This document shows, one piece after another, positions 1-11,194 of a stretch of 64,000 nucleotides of DNA. The position numbers were made by a program, and so were the translations under genes. The notes under the pieces are model-generated. The model was given only the letters and a program-made list of their open reading frames with translations, made no database searches and had not been told where the DNA came from. This DNA is from an uncultured cyanobacterium (GTDB lineage: Bacteria; Cyanobacteriota; Cyanobacteriia; PCC-9006; JAAUQQ01), in contig OY970368.1 in the NCBI GenBank assembly GCA_963718615.1, positions 128,001 to 192,000 on the forward strand, given 5' to 3'. Each line of letters starts with the position of its first letter. Within the stretch, counting starts at the first letter, position 1.

Positions 1-746
1 TGCTAGAGCCTGGACTAGAACCTGTACCCGTCCCAGGGGTCGTCGTTTGGGGTGCTTCGTTGCTTTGGGATCTGGCGGTAAATCGGGCGGGTTGCTTGGC
101 TACCCCATAGACAATTTGGCCACCCCGTTGCAGCCGCCCAACAATGACCCCTTCTTCCAAACGGCCTTGGTTATTCACCGGGAGCGTCGCAGTATAAACA
201 CCAGTGCTAGATTCTTGGGCCTGAATCTCGCGCACCATTCGTCCATCTTCAACCAACAAGACCGAAGCTTGCGCCCCTCGGGTCCCATTTCGTCACCAGC
301 AGCGTCCCGCCTCGCCCGATCCCCTCAACGGCGTTGTGGGTCACCTGGCTAATCTCCAAGGCGGCCTGGGACTGAACCGTAAACATCCAGCTAACGCTGC
401 GGCGTTGTCCTTGGGTTGATTGATAATCCACTCGCACCGTATAGGAGCCAGGACTCAAGGGCGACGTTGGGCGATAGCTAAAAAAACTGCGCGTCACCGT
501 ACTGTTTGTGGTGACGTTTTGGCCATTGAGATAAATCGTGACCGATCCTGGCTGCACCAAGCTACCATCGCTCGTCTCAAAAACCCCGGAAATGGACGTA
601 TCCGGGGAAACCATTGAGCTGTTCACCCCTGGGGTCACATCAATCACCCGTTGGGCCATAACGCCCGGCGCATTGACCACTATCCCCAGGAGCAATCCAA
701 GCCCCGCCAAGGTCGATAAAATTCTGTGCTGACGAATGATGTTCAT
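1..746 (-). pseudogene. Secreted Ig-like/beta-sandwich domain protein, frameshifted near 290 and running off the left edge (pseudogene or sequencing indel)
   Basis: ORF 249..746 has a signal peptide (LAGLGLLLGIVVNAPGVMA-Q) and a beta-rich domain. After ...GTLLVT a shifted frame continues stop-free to position 1 as NGTRGAQASVLLVEDGRMVREIQAQESSTGVYTATLPVNNQGRLEEGVIVGRLQRGG... Confidence 0.6.
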
Positions 747-1462
747 AATAAGTCTCTAAGATTCCTGCTGCTTCATGCAAACCCAATATTCCCGCATCTG
801 GAAACTCTCGCTAGAATCGCGAATCTTCAGACCTTTGACAGATAGGGCAGCGGATTCAGCAGCAAGTCCGCAGCAAGTCCGCAGCAAATCGGCACAAAGA
901 AGCATGGTTTGGGGAACTTTATGCTGCGATCGCCATCGAATAAATCGTCATCGTTTATTTTTCGTGGCCATTGCCATTGGTTTAGCTTGGGTTTTTCCCT
1001 TGGTTTTAGCTTGGGTTTTAGCTTTTGCCTTAGCGTTTGTTTTGCCGTTTATTTTGTTTCGTTTTCAAATCCTTAAAAAATGCCAAATCAAATCGTCCTA
1101 AGCCTTTGAGGGATGAAATTTTCAGACTTTTTATAAAAACTATTACGAGCAGTGGCTTTATCGTCAAGATTCCGTAGTTTTCGGTATGGAATCCATCAAA
1201 TGAGATGGGCACCTTGAAATTAACCCACTGCTCCGGTCAACCCAGGACGATGGCAACGGCGTCTCTCTCCGGACGGTAGCCCCCCATCCCCTCCAGCCTG
1301 GACTTCGCCCCAATCCAGAACCTTCAAAGGATCACCCGTTCATCCGTCCAATGAAGCATCAATCCATCATCCCCTTGGCCCTCAATGTTTTGAGTCAGTT
1401 GTTGGACCGGACTAGTGATTGAATAGCCTTCTTCTCTCCCCACTTGTTCATCGCTTGAGTTC

Positions 1463-1639
1463 ATGGAAAGCCAAAATCAATTCACGCTCAAATTTCCCAT
1501 GTGGCAGTATCTGACTCAGCCACTCTTTCATTCCGAATTTCGCCTACGGCTCAATCCTAGGGCATTCTGGCGGGATTATCAGATTGACTTTCTGGAGCAC
1601 TGTTTCATGATCACCTCGGAGAGTTCGAATCCCAATTAG
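1463..1639 (+). CDS. Small 58-aa hypothetical protein (below the ORF-track cut-off)
   Basis: ATG..TAG translated by hand: MESQNQFTLKFPMWQYLTQPLFHSEFRLRLNPRAFWRDYQIDFLEHCFMITSESSNPN. The FPxWQYLxQPLF/LNPRxF pattern resembles small conserved cyanobacterial hypotheticals (from memory). Confidence 0.6.
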   Translation: MESQNQFTLKFPMWQYLTQPLFHSEFRLRLNPRAFWRDYQIDFLEHCFMITSESSNPN

Positions 1640-1748
1640 AGGCTAAGCACAGGCATTTGTCGCATCGTTACGTTGCTCGTAGGATCGTCAGGATCAGCAG
1701 AAACGACCCAGGCGTCAAAGACTCGATTTAAGCCTTTGACGCTTCTCC

Positions 1749-2657
1749 CTAGGGGATGGGTACGGATTCTAGTAAACGGGCGATCGCCCCTCGGCCAGAT
1801 TCTCGACCAGTCGTAATGACGCGATGGGCCAAAACCGCAGGGGCAAGCCGCTTGATGTCATCGGGAATGACAAAGGCTCGGCCTTCTAGAAAGGCGATCG
1901 CCTGCACCGCCCGATGTAATGCCACCGTCCCCCGAGGACTCACCCCCAAAGACAACGATTCATCCACCCGCGTCTCCCGCACCAGGGCCAACATATAGCG
2001 TTGTAGCGATTCCTCGACCTTAATTTGTCGACAATGCTGCTGAAGTTGCTGCACCGTTTCCAGCGAAATACAAGCCTGTAAAGCCTCAACCGGCGTTGCC
2101 GTGGACAGCCGTTGCAGCATTTGCAGTTCCTCTGCCTCCGTCGGGTAACCCAAGGACAGGGACAGTAAAAATCGATCCATCTGCGCCTCAGGCAGCGGAA
2201 ACGTCCCCTGATACTCCACCGGATTCTGCGTTGCGATGACAAAGAAGGGCAACGGCACCGGACGAGACAAGCCATCTAGCGTCACCTGTTGCTCTTCCAT
2301 CACCTCCAGAAGCGCTGATTGGGTACGCGGCGTTGCCCGATTGATCTCATCCGCCAACAAGACATTGGCAAAGACAGGACCAGGGCGAAACTCAAACTCT
2401 CCACTCTTCAGATTCCAGATATTGGTGCCCGTCACATCGCTAGGCAAGAGATCCGGTGTACATTGGACCCGCTGAAACTTACCTTCGATCGATCGCGCTA
2501 AAGATTTGGCTAAGAGCGTCTTACCAACGCCCGGTACATCTTCAAGGAGGGCATGGCCCCCCGCCAGTAAGGCAACGAGGACGAAGTCGATCGCCTCCCG
2601 TTTACCCACAATCGTCTGGCTTAAATTTTCGATTAAGAGATCGATCCCTGCCCGCAT
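1749..2657 (-). CDS. moxR: MoxR family AAA+ ATPase
   Basis: GHALLEDVPGVGKT Walker A, QCTPDLLPSD, LLADEINRA Walker B, ATQNP, FPLPEAQMDRF. Confidence 0.95.
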   Translation of the reverse strand: MRAGIDLLIENLSQTIVGKREAIDFVLVALLAGGHALLEDVPGVGKTLLAKSLARSIEGKFQRVQCTPDLLPSDVTGTNIWNLKSGEFEFRPGPVFANVLLADEINRATPRTQSALLEVMEEQQVTLDGLSRPVPLPFFVIATQNPVEYQGTFPLPEAQMDRFLLSLSLGYPTEAEELQMLQRLSTATPVEALQACISLETVQQLQQHCRQIKVEESLQRYMLALVRETRVDESLSLGVSPRGTVALHRAVQAIAFLEGRAFVIPDDIKRLAPAVLAHRVITTGRESGRGAIARLLESVPIP

Positions 2658-2850
2658 GGTAATTGCTCTGTGATACTATCCGTAACTGCCTCATGCTCTT
2701 TACCCTGGAGTCATAGGTTCCCCGAAAAGCTCCCCTGGCGGGGTGAATGGGCTGGGTACTGAAGGGTCGGTGCTGAAAGGAGCGACCGACCGTGATAGCC
2801 TCAATTTTAATTGGACACCGTTTAATTGCCTCCCAAGAGTCGCGCAATTC

Positions 2851-4617
2851 ATGCAGCCTAACTTCCAGCGTCGGACTAAGATCGTTGCAACCATTGGTCC
2901 GGCCACCAGTCAGCCAGACGTTCTCCGCTCTCTGATTGAGGCAGGAGCTACCACCCTTCGCCTCAACTTCTCCCACGGAAGCCACGAAGATCACCAGCGT
3001 AATATTCGCCTCATTCGTCAAATTTCCTTTGAGCTGAATCAGCCGGTTGCCATTTTGCAAGACTTGCAAGGACCCAAGATTCGTCTGGGTCGCTTTGAGG
3101 AGGGTTCGATTACCGTTAAACCGGGCGATCCGTTTGTGTTGACCAGTGAAAAAATATCAGGTACACAAACCCGTAGCTATGTATCCTACGACAAGCTAGC
3201 GGACGAGGTCCCCGAAGGAGCTGTCATCATGCTGGATGATGGCAAGGTAGAAATGGTTGTGGACAAGGTCGACCCTGCCGCCGAAGAGCTTCACTGTCGG
3301 GTTGTAGTTGGCGGAGTTCTGTCCAATAACAAAGGGGTTAATTTTCCGGGGGTCTATTTATCAGTAAAAGCGCTGACGGAAAAGGACCGCACCGATTTGA
3401 TGTTTGGCCTGGATCAAGGCGTAGACTGGGTGGCGCTGAGTTTTGTCCGCAATCCGGAAGATGTCCAGGAAATCAAAGAGCTGATTGCCAGCGCCGGTAA
3501 GGATGTGCCGGTGATCGTCAAAATTGAGAAGCATGAGGCGATCGAAAATATTGAAGCCATTTTGGCGCTGGCGGATGGGGTCATGGTGGCACGCGGTGAT
3601 CTGGGCGTAGAAGTTCCTGCCGAAGATGTGCCCCTGCTGCAAAAGCGTCTCATCTCTTTGGCCAATAGCTTTGGCATGCCGGTGATCACAGCCACCCAAA
3701 TGCTCGATAGCATGGTCAGCAATCCTCGGGCGACCCGCGCTGAAATCTCGGACGTGGCCAACGCCATTTTGGATGGTACCGATGCGGTGATGCTCTCTAA
3801 CGAAACCGCTGTGGGCGCTTTTCCCGTAGAGGCGGTGGCGACGATGGCTCGGATTGCAGCCCGCATTGAGCAGGAGCAAACCATTCCGCAGCCCCCGGAG
3901 GAGCGAGGCCACAAGGAACAGATTCCTAATGCTATTAGTCAGGCCGTTGGGCAAATTGCTCAGCAGCTCAAAGCTTCAGCCATTATGACCCTGACAAAGT
4001 CTGGGGCCACGGCCCGCAATGTGTCTAAGTTTCGACCGACTGCTCCGATTTTGGCGGTTACCCCTCAGGTTGATGTGGCCCGGCGGCTACAGTTGGTTTG
4101 GGGCGTTCGTCCTCTATTGGTCTTGGACTTGCCTTCTACGAGTCAAACCTTCCAAGCGGCAATTTCGGTTGCTCAGGAAAAAAATCTGCTCAAGGGGGGC
4201 GACTTGGTCGTGACCACCGCCGGGACGCTCAAGGGTGTTTCGGGCTCAACGGATTTAATTAAAGTTGAATTGGTCAATGCGGTCCTGGGTCAAGGCGTCG
4301 GCGTCGGTCAAGGCCGTGTGACCGGGATCGCGCGGGTTGCTACCGGTAAAACCTCAGAAAAAAATCTGGTGTTCAATCCGGGGGACATTTTGGTCGCGCC
4401 GCAAACCAATGCGAGTTTGATGGACTGCATTCACCATGCCTCCGGTTTGGTGACCGAAGAGGAAAGCCTGACTAGCCACGGGGCGGTCATTGGTCTTCAA
4501 CTGGGCATTCCGGTGATTGTGGGGGTGAAGGGCGCAACCACGATGATTCGCGAGGGCTCGGTCCTAACTTTAGATATTCCTAAGGGCTTGGTTTATTCCG
4601 GTGCTGTGAATGACTAA
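2851..4617 (+). CDS. pyk: Pyruvate kinase with C-terminal PEP-utilising domain
   Basis: RRTKIVATIGPA, RLNFSHG, DLQGPKIR, MVARGDLGVE, MLSNETAVG and C-terminal TSHGAVIGLQLGIP. The ATG at 2851 is preferred over the upstream GTG. Confidence 0.97.
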   Translation: MQPNFQRRTKIVATIGPATSQPDVLRSLIEAGATTLRLNFSHGSHEDHQRNIRLIRQISFELNQPVAILQDLQGPKIRLGRFEEGSITVKPGDPFVLTSEKISGTQTRSYVSYDKLADEVPEGAVIMLDDGKVEMVVDKVDPAAEELHCRVVVGGVLSNNKGVNFPGVYLSVKALTEKDRTDLMFGLDQGVDWVALSFVRNPEDVQEIKELIASAGKDVPVIVKIEKHEAIENIEAILALADGVMVARGDLGVEVPAEDVPLLQKRLISLANSFGMPVITATQMLDSMVSNPRATRAEISDVANAILDGTDAVMLSNETAVGAFPVEAVATMARIAARIEQEQTIPQPPEERGHKEQIPNAISQAVGQIAQQLKASAIMTLTKSGATARNVSKFRPTAPILAVTPQVDVARRLQLVWGVRPLLVLDLPSTSQTFQAAISVAQEKNLLKGGDLVVTTAGTLKGVSGSTDLIKVELVNAVLGQGVGVGQGRVTGIARVATGKTSEKNLVFNPGDILVAPQTNASLMDCIHHASGLVTEEESLTSHGAVIGLQLGIPVIVGVKGATTMIREGSVLTLDIPKGLVYSGAVND

Positions 4618-4661
4618 GGTCTAGAATGACTGAGGTCTAAGCTGTGAAACGATGGGCTAGG

Positions 4662-5486
4662 CTAGGGCTGCATGATGTTCTGGGCAGCCTTTTTGAGGGG
4701 GTCGAGCAGGGTGAGCGGCAGGTTGTAGTGATTGAGGGAGGGGCGATCGCTAAATCGCTCGTCTGGCCCATGGTAATCACTTCCCCCCGTCCTGATTAGA
4801 CCATATTGCCCACAGAGAGCCTCTAGCTTCTGCCGCTGATGGAGCATGTTGCTGGGGTGATACACCTCTAAACCCAGGAGCCCAGCTTCAACGAATTGGG
4901 GCAAAATCGCCTCGACGCTGCCGCCTTTCCACAAATAAGGATGTGCCCACACGGGTACAGCGCCTGCTTGGCGTAGGGCTCGAATGCCTTCACAGGTTTC
5001 TAGGGGAGCGTAGGGAACGTAGGCGGGTTTTCCCTGCCCCAGAAAGCGGCTAAAGGCTTCATCGCGGGTCTCCACATGGCCTGCGGCCAGCAAAGCACTG
5101 GCAATGTGGGGACGACCGGGGGCAGTGCTGGGGTCTAAGGCCGGAAGCTCGATGGGATACCCTAGGGCTCGCAGTTTTTCGACCATGGCGATCGCCCGCT
5201 CCCAGCGTCCTTGCAATCGTTCTTGGAGCAATTCTGCCAAGGCTTCTACCTGGGGATAAAAACCTAAAATATGAACCGAATGGCCGTTTTCCGTGGTGCT
5301 CAGCTCAATTCCGGGCACAATTTCTAGCGCGTTTCCAGCGGCGGCGATCGCCTCATCCCAGCCCGCCAGCGTATCGTGATCCGTAATCGCCAGGGCTTTT
5401 ACCCCCGTTTTCAACGCTTCTTGTACCAATTCCGTTGGCGTCAGCGTGCCATCGGAGCAGGTGGTGTGGCAATGGAGTTCCAGCAT
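4662..5486 (-). CDS. PHP-domain metal-dependent phosphoesterase (TrpH/YciV-like)
   Basis: LHCHTTCSDG, ITDHDT, GIELS, AHP, GGSDYHG motifs. Confidence 0.92.
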   Translation of the reverse strand: MLELHCHTTCSDGTLTPTELVQEALKTGVKALAITDHDTLAGWDEAIAAAGNALEIVPGIELSTTENGHSVHILGFYPQVEALAELLQERLQGRWERAIAMVEKLRALGYPIELPALDPSTAPGRPHIASALLAAGHVETRDEAFSRFLGQGKPAYVPYAPLETCEGIRALRQAGAVPVWAHPYLWKGGSVEAILPQFVEAGLLGLEVYHPSNMLHQRQKLEALCGQYGLIRTGGSDYHGPDERFSDRPSLNHYNLPLTLLDPLKKAAQNIMQP

Positions 5487-5567
5487 GTGTCTGTGTTCCC
5501 TGATACGCAGTATTCCAAGGGTCTACCTCCTTTTGATAAAATCGTAGACTTGTCACCATTCCAATAG

Positions 5568-6581
<1,014 letters not shown>

Positions 6582-6616
6582 CCCTATCCCCCATTGCACA
6601 TAGCGATGCAGTAGCA

Positions 6617-6692
6617 GGTAACGGGGTAGCGGGTAACGGGGTAGCAGATGATGAATACCCCGCCACCTCATCACCCCGTCACCCCATTACCC
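6617..6692. repeat. STRR-like short repeats forming an imperfect inverted repeat between convergent genes
   Basis: GGTAACGGGGTAGC x2 (6617-6645) facing the complementary TCACCCC/TTACCC repeats (6671-6692). Confidence 0.55.
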
Positions 6693-7952
6693 TTCATGAT
6701 CCAATCGTTCCTGAGCCCGAAACGTTCGTTGATAAACCCAGAGGGCAAAGAGGGGAAAGGCGATCGCCTGGGTCACCAACACCGCCACCGCCACGGCCCC
6801 AATCCCCCCTTTAATCACCGCAACGATCGCCCCCACAAACACCAGCGTAAAGACCACATTCCAGGCAATATCTAAGGCGATTTGATCCACCGCCTGCAAA
6901 AGCTGGGACGTGGCATTGGACAGGGCCAAGGGAATCGCTGAGCAACAAATCAAGATCAAAATCGGAATCGCCGAAGTCCACTGTTTGCCAAACACAATGG
7001 GCACATAAAAGGGCGCGAGGGTGGTTTGGAGCACCACCAAGGGAACGACAAGGGTCGCGATGGTTCTGAGGCTTTTGAGGAAGCGATCGCGCAAAGCCCT
7101 CCGGTCCGCTCGCACTTCACAAAAATAGGGATACCAGGCAATGGTCAGCGAATTAATCACACTCTGGCTAATGCCGATCCCCGCGCTATAGGCGAAAAAA
7201 TAGATCCCCAAGGCTTCCAGTCCCAAAAGGCGGGCCACCACCAGATAATCCACCTCTCGCCGAAACCGACTGAGCAGATCCACGCCCAAACGCTGGGTGC
7301 CAAACCCCAGCACTTCTCGCCAGCGCTCAAAATAAAACCAATGCTTGGGCCGCCAGCGGTTAAACCGATAAATAATCGGGATCCAGACCAGATAGCTGAG
7401 CACCATTCCCCACACCACCGACCAAACCCCAAAACCTCGCCAAGCCAGCAAGACCAAAATTAAATTGCTGACAATCGACTGAGCAGCCATGGCCCAAGCT
7501 TGAACCTGAAGCTGATTTTGGCGCTCCAGCAGCGCCGCCTGCACAATAAACGCCGGAATAATGCAATAGCTCAGTCCCAAAACACAAATGGGCCAAACCA
7601 ACTGCATGTTGCCGTAGAACCGGGCAATGGGATAAGCCAAAAGGCATTGGAAAATAAACAGGCTACCCACCATCAGCCAGTTAATCCAATAGGCAGTGTG
7701 GCAAAACGTTTCTAGGTCAGAATCCTTAGCTTGGATCAGCTTAGCCGAGATGCCACCCCGACAGCTCACCGTATTCGCAAACTCGAAAATGGTGTAGACC
7801 GCCGCCACCATTCCATAGTCTTGCTGCGTGAACAGTCGAGCCATCATGACCGTCGCAACCAATCGAAAAATGCGCTGCACTAATTCTGCAAACCCGAGCC
7901 AGCCAATGTTGCGAAGATATTGACTGGACAGCAACGCCTGGATGCGTGACAT
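6687..7952 (-). CDS. wzx: Polysaccharide flippase (Wzx, MOP superfamily)
   Basis: Multi-TM protein with the MARLFTQQDYGMVAA, GFGVWSVVWG, LGLEALGIYFFAY and FGKQWTSAIPIL patterns of WzxC-like exporters. Confidence 0.85.
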   Translation of the reverse strand: MSRIQALLSSQYLRNIGWLGFAELVQRIFRLVATVMMARLFTQQDYGMVAAVYTIFEFANTVSCRGGISAKLIQAKDSDLETFCHTAYWINWLMVGSLFIFQCLLAYPIARFYGNMQLVWPICVLGLSYCIIPAFIVQAALLERQNQLQVQAWAMAAQSIVSNLILVLLAWRGFGVWSVVWGMVLSYLVWIPIIYRFNRWRPKHWFYFERWREVLGFGTQRLGVDLLSRFRREVDYLVVARLLGLEALGIYFFAYSAGIGISQSVINSLTIAWYPYFCEVRADRRALRDRFLKSLRTIATLVVPLVVLQTTLAPFYVPIVFGKQWTSAIPILILICCSAIPLALSNATSQLLQAVDQIALDIAWNVVFTLVFVGAIVAVIKGGIGAVAVAVLVTQAIAFPLFALWVYQRTFRAQERLDHEG

Positions 7953-8659
7953 ATGAAAAGCTCAACCTCCATGGCATCAACTACGCATCTTAATCGGATT
8001 TCCGGCGATCCTCTAATGAACTGGACACAATCATCTGTTCTTCACGATTTTCTTAAACACACCAAGGATTGATTCAGAAAACTCAGCACGATTTTTGGCC
8101 TAAATTCGCAGCAAACACCCACTCAAGCTCAGTATTAGGCTGCTATCAAACGGTCTTCTGACACAATCTATGTGACATATAAAACAGACAAGCCAGCTCT
8201 TCTTGTTCTAAAATTAACCCATATCAGCGTCTTCATGCGTATCAGCAAACAACGTGTTTCCCAATTTCCCTAGATAACAACGCAATTCTATGACGAGGAA
8301 CAATGAGCCTTAAGCAGAAATAATACGTCAACAGGATGTGATTGAATGATTGGGGTAGACAATCTAGCATTTTTTAAACTCCGTCAGAATTAATTTTAAA
8401 ATCACATTTTACTTTTTCAAGAATTCAGTCGTTGTGTATCTGATTCAACGTTAGAACAGGCGTAAGATTCGGTGATTCCGTCCATTTCATCTTAGGCACA
8501 ACCGTTTATACTTCAACAAAGATATTAATATAGCGGTTTCAATCGCTGAGGTTAAGCAACAACCTCAAGCTCATGTCCATATCTTCTAGCCAAAACCTGC
8601 GCAAGCACTGCCAGTCCCTGTTTGAATTTGATTTTGATCGGCCAATTGTGTGGTAGACC

Positions 8660-9775
8660 ATGGTGTTGAGTTCCCTTTTACAACCACAGATTTCAATCGT
8701 GATTCCGGCCTATAACGCCATGCGGTATTTGCCAGAAACAATCACAACTGTCTTAGAGCAAACTTACCAAAACTTCGAAATCGTTCTTGTTAATGATGGC
8801 AGTTCAGATTCCATTCAAAACTGGCATAAAACCCAGGGTGACAGCCGTATTCGTTTGATTAGTCAAGAGAATCGCGGTTTATCTGAAGCACGCAACACAG
8901 GAATTCATCACGCTCGGGGCGAGTGGATTGCCTTTCTGGATGCGGACGATCTCTGGATGCCCTCGAAACTAGAGCGACAGGTTGCAGTGATGGAGCAATA
9001 TCCAGAAGTGGGGTTGGTGTACTGTGGCGTGGCGATCATTAATGCCGCTAGCCAGAAAACGGGTCGTACGATGCAGACCCATGCCTCTGGATTTGTCTGG
9101 GCCGATCTCATGCTCCACAATTTTGTTGAATGTGGCAGCACTCCTTTGGTCCGTCGAGATTGTTTTGTATCCCAGGGGGGCTTTGACCCTCATCTGGGCT
9201 CCCATGCAGAAGATTGGGATATGTGGCTCCGCTTAGCGCTGCACTGGCGTTTTTATGGCATTCCAGAGCCGTTAGTTTGCTATCGCCAGCATGAGGGTGG
9301 TGCCTCCAAAAACTGGCTGCAAATGGAGCGCAGCTTTGTGATTGTGCTGCAAAAAGCCATGGATGAGGCTTTAGCGCTCCAAGCAATGTTGCCCAGTGGC
9401 TCTCCCCGACTACCGACGACCTCCCTCTTGAGTGTGAAACGGCGGGCCTATGCCAATGCCTATCTCTGCTTAGCCTGGAAGCCATTACAAGCCCGTGATA
9501 AAAAGATTCAGGAGGCGATCGCCCTAGGCTACAAAGCCTTCTGCTATCATCCCTCAACCCTATTCTCTAAGGAGTTTTTGCGTTGGGGAGTGGCGATCGC
9601 CCTCATGGGCCTACTTGGCTCCAGAACCTATCTCCGATTGCTCAAGTCTCTGCACAAACTGCGAGCGCGACTCAGGCATCGAGACATTGAACCGTTACCC
9701 CAATCTGAATCAGCACCGCAGCTGCCGTTCCTAGCCTCTAGGCCATCCCCCCAAAACAGCATAAAACGCCGTTAA
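8660..9775 (+). CDS. Glycosyltransferase family 2
   Basis: ISIVIPAYN, VNDGSSD, ARNTGI, FLDADD, EDWDMWLRL. Confidence 0.95.
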   Translation: MVLSSLLQPQISIVIPAYNAMRYLPETITTVLEQTYQNFEIVLVNDGSSDSIQNWHKTQGDSRIRLISQENRGLSEARNTGIHHARGEWIAFLDADDLWMPSKLERQVAVMEQYPEVGLVYCGVAIINAASQKTGRTMQTHASGFVWADLMLHNFVECGSTPLVRRDCFVSQGGFDPHLGSHAEDWDMWLRLALHWRFYGIPEPLVCYRQHEGGASKNWLQMERSFVIVLQKAMDEALALQAMLPSGSPRLPTTSLLSVKRRAYANAYLCLAWKPLQARDKKIQEAIALGYKAFCYHPSTLFSKEFLRWGVAIALMGLLGSRTYLRLLKSLHKLRARLRHRDIEPLPQSESAPQLPFLASRPSPQNSIKRR

Positions 9776-9811
9776 GAGCTTGATTCTTCAGAGCCACCGT
9801 CCAACAAAAGC

Positions 9812-10879
9812 CTACAGACGTGATGCAGCTTCCAGGCTAGCGGCAGGCGCAGCCTTTGTCACCAATCGAGGAATTCGACCCAGCAAGAGCTCTTCCTGAC
9901 GACCAGCCACTTCAACCCATTGGGTCTTCAGGAGAGGAATCGGTAACCGGTCGAGCAGTTGGAGTGCAGCCACACCAATATCTTTGACCATCCCGGTCCA
10001 ACTTTGGGCTAAGAGGCGTAGAAGCTGTTGGTAACACCCGAGGCGATCGCCCAAGGACAGCGGGGTCTCCTGCACAGCAGCAACATAGCGCCAATAGCGT
10101 TCCCAGCGTGGAAAAATGAGACGCCCTCGACGCGAGTCATCGTACCAAATACACAACAGATGCGTTGAGATCGCGTTGATGCTCAAAGACTGTCCTTCAT
10201 GCCGTCTCAAAAAGAAAAGATTTTCAGGGACTTCGTGGAATCGCCCCAGCAGGCTTAAACGAGCCAACAGAACTAAATCTGTCCCCGCATAAGTTCCCAT
10301 TAACGGAGTTCGGCGTAGCGCATCCAAGCGCATCACACCAAACAACTGGTAACCCGAATGGGGGAAACATGCCAGATCCCCAAATCGTTCAGCAGCCTTT
10401 GGAGAATCGCTTCTCAACCTCGTATTTGCATTCGTCAAGCCCACGTAGAGCTCATCATTTTTGCCAATTCCCTTGTCAAGCGGACGCCCTGCATCATCAA
10501 TCACCGTTGCTCGGGGATGGCACACAACAATGGAGGGATCCTGCTCCATGGCTGCTACACATTTTTCCAGCAGCGTCGGTGCACAAACATCGTCATGATT
10601 CGCGAGTTTGAAGTATTTTCCGGTCGCCAATTGAACCGTATAGTTTTGGTTTCGAGTACAGCCAATATTTTGAGGATTACGAATATATCGAACCCGTGAG
10701 TCCTTCTCTGCATACGCTTCACAGATCTGCTGGGTACTATCTGTAGAAGCATTATCCGTAATAATGAGCTCAAAGTCTTGAAAGGTTTGGTTGAGAATTG
10801 AATCAATTGCTTCTCGAATAAAATTCTCACCGTTATAAACCGCTAAACCAACCGTTACGAGGGGACTGGGTGTGCTCAT
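9812..10879 (-). CDS. Glycosyltransferase family 2
   Basis: VTVGLAVYNGE, ITDNASTD, LANHDD (GT-A fold). Confidence 0.93.
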   Translation of the reverse strand: MSTPSPLVTVGLAVYNGENFIREAIDSILNQTFQDFELIITDNASTDSTQQICEAYAEKDSRVRYIRNPQNIGCTRNQNYTVQLATGKYFKLANHDDVCAPTLLEKCVAAMEQDPSIVVCHPRATVIDDAGRPLDKGIGKNDELYVGLTNANTRLRSDSPKAAERFGDLACFPHSGYQLFGVMRLDALRRTPLMGTYAGTDLVLLARLSLLGRFHEVPENLFFLRRHEGQSLSINAISTHLLCIWYDDSRRGRLIFPRWERYWRYVAAVQETPLSLGDRLGCYQQLLRLLAQSWTGMVKDIGVAALQLLDRLPIPLLKTQWVEVAGRQEELLLGRIPRLVTKAAPAASLEAASRL

Positions 10880-11194
10880 AATAGAATCAAAGCTAAAAGA
10901 TCAATATAAGGAAGTAATGATGAAAACTCAAACATCACCAAAAGCAGTGACTACATATCGAGCCACATACAAAATCGTATAACGGAGCTTACTGAAACCG
11001 TACAAAAACCGTCGTACAAAGGCTAGAGTATCCCCATCGAAGACCACTAAATTAAAGGGACTACGTCGCTGACCATTATTCAACATATCTTCTAAATTTG
11101 CAAAGACTTCACCAGATCTCCATCAGAGGGTAGGTCTCTTTACGGCTTATATAAAGGGCCTGGATATACAGACATTGAATTAATCCATATAATC

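Noticed and set aside
775-1101. 108-aa ORF with a hydrophobic LAWV repeat
   Set aside because: The hydrophobic run comes from a T-rich degenerate 12-bp repeat. There is no RBS or family signal.
1250-1279. MATASLSGR as a PatS/PatX-type inhibitor
   Set aside because: It lacks the RG(S/T)GR pentapeptide. It is kept only as a candidate micro-ORF.
1749-2657. moxR without an adjacent vWA/DUF58 partner
   Set aside because: Partners can be encoded elsewhere in the genome, so this is not informative from one window.
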